Of a stretch of 64,000 nt of DNA, positions 57,574 to 64,000 are shown one piece after another. The translations under genes and the position numbers were made by a program. Every line of letters begins with the position of its first letter. Position 1 is the stretch's first letter. Below the pieces are notes generated by a model. The model was not told the DNA's origin and made no database searches. It saw only the letters and a program-made list of their open reading frames with translations. The DNA is from Thermoplasmata archaeon (GTDB lineage Archaea; Thermoplasmatota; Thermoplasmata; GCA-020350865), in NCBI GenBank assembly GCA_020348445.1, contig CP070751.1:532903-596902 (forward strand), written 5' to 3'.

Positions 57574-58677
57574 ATGGACGAGGGAGAGGAGCGTGTAATT
57601 AAACAATCAGGCAATTGCACACGAGATACCATCAATTTGGCCCTGGAAGAAGAGATTCTTTTATTTCTAGATGTTCATCAAAAGTACAGAGATGAGTTCG
57701 TAGTTCCCTTTGCAGCATCGCAACGCGGGATTGCAGACGCAACAGGTGTCGCAATAAATAACCTACCGCGGACTTTGAAGAAAATGATTGACAAAGGGCT
57801 GATCGAAGAAAAACTGAAACATGTAAAAGGCGCATCACGAAGGCTAAAGACCTACTTCTTAACTGAGGATAAAGGAGTTGCGGAAGCACAGAAACTCTCG
57901 AAATTTATCAATGAAGTGCAAGTACTACTTAGAGAACATGATGGCTCAATAAAAGAAATCAGAGTATCTGAATTAAATAGACAACTAAGAATGCGATTGC
58001 ATCCTTATGATTTGCTTTGTCTTCTGATTGGTAATTGTTCTTCCAGTATTATTTCAACATATAAAAGCGATAATCCTACAACCCAAATCCACTCAAATGA
58101 TGATAATGGGGGAGATGAGATTGAATTATTACATTTGTCTAATTGCTTGATTGCCCCCCGATTTAAAAGGCGTAATGGTGTGTGGAACCATGACCGAATA
58201 GGACAAGCGAATGTGGATGAGAAATTACCACCTAACCACCACGAGATTTTGAAAGTATCTGCAAAAAAAAGGCAGTCAGAGACAAATAACAACGGACAAA
58301 TGATCTATCATACTTTTGAAATAAATGGTAATTCATCGAGAAAAAAGCGCACTGTAGCTATAAAATTAACAATTACTTCAAACGACGATTTCGAGATTTT
58401 AGGTAAATATGGGATCACTGCCATGAGAAGAAACAAAATTCAACGACTGACCAAGGAAGCCTATGAGCAAGGCGGTCTATTAACCAAGAAGGATCTTGTG
58501 AGTTTGATGTGTTCTAGTCCAAAAACCATTAAAAAGGACTTGTCAAATCTACGAAATAATGGCTACTTTATACCCACTAGGGAACATATCAACAGGTTTG
58601 GTATGGAATTATCTGGAATAATTATGGATGAATATCCAAAACATCACAAGTATATAGAAATTAAAATTGTAAATTGA
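57574..58677 (+). CDS. N-terminal winged-HTH fused to a DUF1670-like C-terminal domain
   Basis: SQRGIADATGVAINNLPRTLKKMIDKGLIEE (wHTH). RRNKIQRLTKEAYEQGGLLTKKDL...TIKKDL..L...GYFIPTR (DUF1670-like). Confidence 0.7.
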   Translation: MDEGEERVIKQSGNCTRDTINLALEEEILLFLDVHQKYRDEFVVPFAASQRGIADATGVAINNLPRTLKKMIDKGLIEEKLKHVKGASRRLKTYFLTEDKGVAEAQKLSKFINEVQVLLREHDGSIKEIRVSELNRQLRMRLHPYDLLCLLIGNCSSSIISTYKSDNPTTQIHSNDDNGGDEIELLHLSNCLIAPRFKRRNGVWNHDRIGQANVDEKLPPNHHEILKVSAKKRQSETNNNGQMIYHTFEINGNSSRKKRTVAIKLTITSNDDFEILGKYGITAMRRNKIQRLTKEAYEQGGLLTKKDLVSLMCSSPKTIKKDLSNLRNNGYFIPTREHINRFGMELSGIIMDEYPKHHKYIEIKIVN

Positions 58678-58772
58678 TACACCTTATAAAGGAACCAACG
58701 GGATATCATATCGTTTCTACCTTCATTTATTCTTCTTGAGCCTTATTTCATGCAAAATATTAATCCCAAGCC

Positions 58773-59123
58773 TTACCCGATCTCGATATCCAGCACATCC
58801 GCACCCTTTATCTTTGCATACTCTCTTTCCCTTTCTATGAGCTGGCCTCCAATGCCCTCGCCCAATCTGTCCAGGGGAATTAGCAGCATTATTACCCTGT
58901 CCACCTTCTTGCCGTCCTGATTTAATTGGATCTGCGACCTCAAGAATCCAACTATTTTATTATCCTCGAGAGCCAGAAGCATATGATCGGAGCCAAAGGC
59001 TTTGGAAATTTCGTTTTCAAAATTTCTTTGGTCTTCTTCCTTGTTCTCCCGAGGGGGCACGATCCCGCTGTAGTACTCAACAACCTGTGCTATTTCATTT
59101 TTCTGCATCTCTCTTATTTCCAT
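58773..59123 (-). CDS. GNAT family acetyltransferase-like protein, apparently C-terminally short
   Basis: EIREM, LLALEDNKIVGF and RLGEGIGGQLI (motif A). It ends at DIEIG*. Confidence 0.65.
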   Translation of the reverse strand: MEIREMQKNEIAQVVEYYSGIVPPRENKEEDQRNFENEISKAFGSDHMLLALEDNKIVGFLRSQIQLNQDGKKVDRVIMLLIPLDRLGEGIGGQLIEREREYAKIKGADVLDIEIG

Positions 59124-59149
59124 GATTTTACCTTCCATAAAACTTGATC

Positions 59150-60208
59150 CTAAACATCCCAAAAGGGCACGATATCGCAGCATCCACAGGCATGACACAT
59201 GGTCTTGAAGGTGCCAGTGGAAAGGTTATGGTTCTCTAAAATCCTCTTTTGCTCTTGCGCCAGCCGAATCATCCTTTGCGGGAGAACGTTTTGGATTTCG
59301 TGTCCCAAAGCCTTTACTATCCTGGCGTGGTTGTAATCGTTGATTCTCAGAACACGAATCACGGCAACGACTCCCATCTCTGCGAAATGTTCGAGGCCCT
59401 CCAAAACATTTTCGTCGCTCTCCCCAAGACCGATTATTATGTTCGTCGTGACCTTCCCCCTTCCAAAAACTTTCACGGCGTGCTCCAGCATCTTCAATAT
59501 ATGATCATAATCAAGCTCAGGGCATAGTTTATCAAAAATGTTTTTGTCAAATGTCTCGATATTTATTTTTATCTCTGTAGCACCTGCATCATGAAGTCTT
59601 TCTATGTCCTCTGGTTTCATAACATATGGCTCTACGCCGACCTCCACATCTCCAAGGTTCTTTTTCACCTTCCTAACAACTTCTAAAATATCATCAAAGG
59701 TTTCCTTTGGTGATTCTACAATCCCGCTTGTTATGGCCACAGACTGAAAATCACCATCCTCTGCCGCCTTTAAAATCATCCTCACGATCTGATCTGGATC
59801 CTTTTCCTTCTGACTCTCGAGCATCGGAGTGGCACAGAACTCGCAGTTGTAAATGCAGCTATCCTGAAGATTGACAAAGGCCTGGTTCGGCGCATGAAGA
59901 AGTGTGGGTATGATTTTTACACCATCAACAAAGACAGTCCCGCTCTTTAGGATTTGATATTCCTCTCCATTTTTTCTAAGGGAGAATTTCGAATCTTTCT
60001 CCTTTGTTACACCCAACTTCAACCTCGTGCCTCCAAAGGATAAGGCCAGGGCTTTTTTTCCAGCTCCTGGTCCTGCAGTTGAACTGCTTAAGGGATATGG
60101 TAATTTTATGGAATCGGGCACGAAAATCTTGCCGTGATGAATAAGCTCGGCCTTCTTTTTCGTAATTTCCGATATAAAGTTCGAATCTTCACTTCTCATA
60201 CAGTTCAC
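59150..60208 (-). CDS. Archaeal radical SAM protein of unknown function
   Basis: CIYNCEFC, AITSG, INIET and NIIIGLGE motifs. N-terminal STAGPGAG and C-terminal CHACGCC. Confidence 0.88.
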   Translation of the reverse strand: MNCMRSEDSNFISEITKKKAELIHHGKIFVPDSIKLPYPLSSSTAGPGAGKKALALSFGGTRLKLGVTKEKDSKFSLRKNGEEYQILKSGTVFVDGVKIIPTLLHAPNQAFVNLQDSCIYNCEFCATPMLESQKEKDPDQIVRMILKAAEDGDFQSVAITSGIVESPKETFDDILEVVRKVKKNLGDVEVGVEPYVMKPEDIERLHDAGATEIKINIETFDKNIFDKLCPELDYDHILKMLEHAVKVFGRGKVTTNIIIGLGESDENVLEGLEHFAEMGVVAVIRVLRINDYNHARIVKALGHEIQNVLPQRMIRLAQEQKRILENHNLSTGTFKTMCHACGCCDIVPFWDV

Positions 60209-61166
60209 TTCTGATTCTTGGGATTATTGCCATGAGAACAGCCTGCTCAGTTAGTCTTGTTCTGTCGAAAAGGTCCTTGGAGAGGTACCCTATGGCCCCC
60301 TTCTTCTTTCCCACATCCTTGATTTTAAATTTCTCTTCTATACCCTGGCTTATTGTTCTTCCCTGTTTCACTAGATCAATTAAAATGGAAGGATAGTAAA
60401 ATCCTGAGCCGTGACCAATGGTCGTTCTCTTTGCCCTGTCAATTACAGCGCAGTACTGCACATCAAAATATTTATCAGCCACATCGTTGTAAAAAAGCCC
60501 TGCCTCGATACCAACTCCGAAATCACATTCTTGGGAAAGAGCAGATTTTGCCCTTTCTATGGCGCCTTCAATGACCTCTTTTTCCATTGGTTGCTCGGGC
60601 ACGCTTTTCTTGACATCTGTTCCCTTTACTTGAACTCGTCTAAAAAGCTTGGAGAAAACATTGTTCACTGCATTTATCTTGACGTGATTCTCAGAACCCA
60701 CGCAAACAACAACCTTCCTCATCATCTTTCCATTTACGTCCATCTCTCCGCGTTTGATCCTGGTTGCCGAGATCACGTCCCCGTTTTCTGCCAGTGCTAA
60801 TTCCACAATGAGTATTTCGAGAGGTTCCAGCCCGTTTTTTTGGCGCTCTAAATTGATGTCCTCTGCACCTGACACTGTATCCTTTGAAACCACAATGGCA
60901 TCAAAATCCTTTTTTGTCGCAGGACCAAGCTCATCCTCCAATTTCGTTATTTCGTATCTTCCACCCCAGTCTTTCCCGTTTAAATAAGACTGGAGGTTCT
61001 TCTTCCGAATCTCATAGCTGTCTATTTCAACGTCTTTTTGTCCTCTTACAAGTTCATCGGAGGTAAGGCCAATTGCGACCTGATTGCCGTCCTCAAAGGC
61101 CTTTTTAAATAGCTGCTCGTGGCCCTTGTGGAGGATGTTGAATGTGCCGCCAAGGCAAACCTTCAT
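60189..61166 (-). CDS. coaD: Phosphopantetheine adenylyltransferase fused to a YjjX-like inosine/xanthosine triphosphatase
   Basis: GGTFNILHKGH, GLTSD, IVVSKDT and ISATRI, followed by VGSENHVKI, EQP, GIEAG and GAIGYLS...RTRL. Confidence 0.92.
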   Translation of the reverse strand: MKVCLGGTFNILHKGHEQLFKKAFEDGNQVAIGLTSDELVRGQKDVEIDSYEIRKKNLQSYLNGKDWGGRYEITKLEDELGPATKKDFDAIVVSKDTVSGAEDINLERQKNGLEPLEILIVELALAENGDVISATRIKRGEMDVNGKMMRKVVVCVGSENHVKINAVNNVFSKLFRRVQVKGTDVKKSVPEQPMEKEVIEGAIERAKSALSQECDFGVGIEAGLFYNDVADKYFDVQYCAVIDRAKRTTIGHGSGFYYPSILIDLVKQGRTISQGIEEKFKIKDVGKKKGAIGYLSKDLFDRTRLTEQAVLMAIIPRIRSELYEK

Positions 61167-61195
61167 TTCCTCTCCCTCTTAAAATAAATTCATCT

Positions 61196-61393
61196 TCAAA
61201 AGGCTGACATCAGAATCATGGCGAAAATTATGAACACGACCATCCAGAGAATCGTAATCCAGAACTTCTTCTTGTTGGCCTTGATGAGCTGGTTCCATTT
61301 CTCGTTGCATTCCTCGTTGCAGAACTCCTCACCCACAGGTATGGCCTTCTCACAAACCCTGCAGTGGCGGTGCTGAATCAATTTCTCAGCCAT
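61196..61393 (-). CDS. DUF2116 family Zn-ribbon membrane protein
   Basis: QHRHCRVCEKAIP...FCNEEC followed by a TM helix. AAGGAG RBS before ATG 61393. Confidence 0.85.
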   Translation of the reverse strand: MAEKLIQHRHCRVCEKAIPVGEEFCNEECNEKWNQLIKANKKKFWITILWMVVFIIFAMILMSAF

Positions 61394-61420
61394 ATTTTTC
61401 TGTCTCCTTGAATTCAAACC

Positions 61421-62014
61421 CTATTTTCTTTTTCGATATTTAAGGTTTGGCTTTGGGCTATTTCTGGAAGCCATCTCAAAATCCCTCTTTACAAGTTGCC
61501 TGTCGGATTCTATAAAACGATTATCCTCTTCTGAATCTATCTGTAACACTGACACTTGGTAAGCCACCGAAAGACTAAAAACCTCTTTTAACGAGTGCCA
61601 GATTTTGCATAATTCCTCGAAAGACATATGATGGGGGGTGATTCTAATCTTTTCTTGAGAATCCTTTGATTTTTGTTTTGAATATTTTTTCTCTGACCCA
61701 TAAGCTGTATCAAGGTTTATTATCGAATTATCATGAAAAACACGCATAGCATCCCCTAGCAATGCCTGTTTTTGGGTTTCTTCTTTATCAAATGGAGTCA
61801 CAAGGTAATACAGGTCCAACCATAACTTAGATTCATCATTTTTCAGGTGCTTATTCTCCATTACCTGGAATAGAAAAAGATTGATCTGGTTTCTATTATT
61901 TGATGCATTTTCGGGATAACCTATTGTAGCTATAACATTTTCAGTTTTCATTTGGGATTCCAGCAGTTTTTTCAAGGTAATACTGGTTTTGGCAATTGCC
62001 TCATAATTTCCCAT
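61421..62014 (-). CDS. DUF4255 / Pvc16-like tail-terminator protein of contractile injection systems
   Basis: AIAKTSITLKKLL, QINLFLFQVMEN, LDLYYLVT, LLGDAMRVFHD, ELCKIWHSL and SVAYQVSV motifs. Confidence 0.82.
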   Translation of the reverse strand: MGNYEAIAKTSITLKKLLESQMKTENVIATIGYPENASNNRNQINLFLFQVMENKHLKNDESKLWLDLYYLVTPFDKEETQKQALLGDAMRVFHDNSIINLDTAYGSEKKYSKQKSKDSQEKIRITPHHMSFEELCKIWHSLKEVFSLSVAYQVSVLQIDSEEDNRFIESDRQLVKRDFEMASRNSPKPNLKYRKRK

Positions 62015-62075
62015 TCGTTTTCACCTTCTTTTTATTATGAATATTATTTATAATATATAACTTACCAGGAGTGCT

Positions 62076-62576
62076 TTAGCTCTCTGTTGGTTCCTGGACA
62101 CCTTCATCACGTTCCCAACCTTCATTTTCCAATGTTATTCTTTCAATGGCTACGATGTTCTCCCCGGCATTTAATTCAGGCAATGCCTGGTACTCTGAAA
62201 TCCAACATCGGAAAACGTTGTATGCGATAACCGTAGTACCTTGCTCGTTTAACAGCTCGATTGTGATATTCTTACGGAAATTCTTAAGCGACATCAATGA
62301 ATCCCCTTTGAAGTTGTGAACCATATTTGCCCATTTCTCAAACTCAGGATCATGGGTTACTCCTCTTTCCAAGGTAATAGGGTGGTATACAGTCTGTCCA
62401 GGTGATTTTCTAACTGTACTTGGATCTCCACCTTCCCTATGGGTGATAACCTCTGTAGTGCGCATAAGGCCGCTTACCTTGGATATCCCAGCAACATACT
62501 TTCCGTCCCATCTTACCTTGAACTTAAAGTTCTTGTATGGGTCAAATCTTTCAGTATTCACATTAAACTGTGCCAT
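62076..62576 (-). CDS. T4 gp19-like / Afp1-Pvc1-like tail tube protein
   Basis: RFDPYKNFKFKVRWDG.YVAGISKVSGL..TTEV..HREGGD, ITLERGVT, FRKNITIELLNEQG, CWISEYQALP.LNA and IE.ITLENEGWERD. GGAGGT RBS. Confidence 0.93.
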   Translation of the reverse strand: MAQFNVNTERFDPYKNFKFKVRWDGKYVAGISKVSGLMRTTEVITHREGGDPSTVRKSPGQTVYHPITLERGVTHDPEFEKWANMVHNFKGDSLMSLKNFRKNITIELLNEQGTTVIAYNVFRCWISEYQALPELNAGENIVAIERITLENEGWERDEGVQEPTES

Positions 62577-62750
62577 TCTCTTACCTCCTTTTTTCCCTCA
62601 AATCTTGACTTTTTTTATTCTCCAAGTTCCATAATGGCCTAGGTGGATTTGGAATATGATGCACAAAATTCTTTACTATTTTTGTTTATCACAATTCCCC
62701 CTTTCGCCTATCCGAAATCAAATTATAATACTAATATTTTTTCGCATGAT

Positions 62751-63470
62751 TCAAATGAAAAACGGCACCCTCTCCTTGTATTCCCGATACTCATCAATTT
62801 CTGATAACTCAGTCTCCTCCTTCTTGCTGACCCGAACGTATACAAAGACCAGTATGGGTGCAAATACCAGGGTCAAAATAGTGGGCCAGCCAACAAGCCA
62901 CCCTACAACTATCAGAATAAATCCGAAGTATTGCGGATGCCTTGAATAGGAATAGATGCCCCTTGTCACAATTTTATCGCTTTCCACATTCTTATAGAGG
63001 GTTACCCACCCGATAATGATGAGGACCATCCCTATCACCATCAATACCGTTGCGTATACCATGGCCGCGGTCATACCTATATTGACTCCGAGAAATTTGA
63101 AATTGAATATCGTGTTGGGTAGCTCCACCGATGATCCAGGAATGTATTTTGAGGCAAAAAAAACAGTTAATGGAATCCCGTACATCTCAAAAAACAGAGA
63201 CACGAAAAAGGCAGTGACGATTCCGTATTCTTTCCAGTTCATCCTTCTCCGAAATGACAAGGGAACCAAAAAAGAGAGGAACAACACTATGTTTAAAATC
63301 ACGATATGCCACTGGTTGGTTATGGTATGAGAAAGCAAGGTGCCTGTAAAATGAGCATGGGAGTGGGCATAGAAATCCACAATAAAAATAAATGGAATTA
63401 TGATTAAGATAACGAACATCATCCGATACCAAAAGTTCCTGTGTTTTACAAATTCCATTAGCTTTCGCAT
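62751..63470 (-). CDS. Isoprenylcysteine carboxylmethyltransferase-like membrane protein
   Basis: Multiple TM helices, FFEMYGIPLT, GIYSYSRHPQYFG, EE..L and Y.EYKERVP.F motifs. Confidence 0.85.
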   Translation of the reverse strand: MRKLMEFVKHRNFWYRMMFVILIIIPFIFIVDFYAHSHAHFTGTLLSHTITNQWHIVILNIVLFLSFLVPLSFRRRMNWKEYGIVTAFFVSLFFEMYGIPLTVFFASKYIPGSSVELPNTIFNFKFLGVNIGMTAAMVYATVLMVIGMVLIIIGWVTLYKNVESDKIVTRGIYSYSRHPQYFGFILIVVGWLVGWPTILTLVFAPILVFVYVRVSKKEETELSEIDEYREYKERVPFFI

Positions 63471-63630
63471 GCAAATAAAAATATACAGAATGGATTAAAT
63501 ACTTTTGGTTTAACCAAAGATAAAAAAATCGATCATATTCACAAAAACAAAAAATAAAAAAAATTGAAAAAATGGAGAAAGTTTTTGACTTTCTCCTTTG
63601 CGTTTTTAGGTTTTAGTTGGCTGTCTTAGT

Positions 63631-63999
63631 CTATAGTCCAGTAAGGTCGACTTCCACATTTGCCATGTCGCAACCGCTTTGTAAGTGTAGCTCTGTTGAT
63701 GGATAGGGCTCGCCAATATCATCATCATTGACGACGATGCAGCAGTAGTAGTAGTAGGCATCACTGAATATATGGCTGATAGAGTCGGTTACGTGTATCT
63801 GGTTCAAATCTGGGCTTCTTTCGTCGTTGGGATCGTACTCGAACCACGGATCCGCGTCATCACCTAGTTGGGTGAACATCAACTCGGCATCCTGGGTGTA
63901 ACCCTCAATGGGATCGTCTTGTGCGATATTGGCGTAGAGGTGTACTCCGTGCGGTGTTGTGTCTCCGTAGTTGTAGATGAAGGCCAGATCGTCGCTTCC
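63631..63999 (-). CDS. 3' end of an unknown CDS running off the window edge
   Basis: The frame is open from 63999 (GSDDLAFIYNYGDTTPHGVHLYANIAQDDPIEGYTQDAELMFTQ...) to the stop at 63631. Acidic and beta-rich-looking. Confidence 0.65.
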   Translation of the reverse strand, partial: GSDDLAFIYNYGDTTPHGVHLYANIAQDDPIEGYTQDAELMFTQLGDDADPWFEYDPNDERSPDLNQIHVTDSISHIFSDAYYYYCCIVVNDDDIGEPYPSTELHLQSGCDMANVEVDLTGL

Positions 64000-64000
64000 T

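Noticed and set aside
61421-62576. Prophage or provirus interpretation of the tail tube gene
   Set aside because: No capsid, portal, terminase, integrase or att repeat is present, and the tube/DUF4255 pair is of eCIS type.

Overview
This window is archaeal chromosomal DNA, most likely from a Thermoplasmata lineage. The assignment is inferred from a PPAT-YjjX fusion, an AGT-EndoV fusion, a two-unit tRNA splicing endonuclease, Alba and archaeal r-proteins; no database search was run. The backbone is housekeeping: rpoK-eno-rps2-MEMO1, topA, trxA, endA, folP, folC, rps15-DHH, alba, hutU, mtaB, an HD phosphohydrolase and coaD. Very large or unusual genes are interspersed. (1) A 2171-aa soluble protein has three exactly 505-aa modules (helical repeats + Ig-like + longin-like), ending in a domain that resembles the C-terminal extension of type-2 isoleucyl-tRNA synthetase. 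(2) A 3987-aa secreted protein carries two complete gingipain (C25) modules. It is preceded by a duplicated RBS that creates a 6-codon uORF and lies divergent to a wHTH-DUF1670 gene. (3) An isolated two-gene contractile-injection-system cassette (tail tube + DUF4255/Pvc16-like) has no sheath, baseplate or spike nearby. (4) A sulfite-oxidase-family Moco domain is fused to a cytochrome b561-like membrane domain. (5) An L13e-like ribosomal protein is present. Two genes are missing from the ORF track: rpoK and a 44-aa RNR-like zinc-ribbon protein. There are also candidate RNA/DNA regulatory elements. I found no rRNA, tRNA, CRISPR array, transposase or integrase by eye. All family assignments come from motif recognition by eye.
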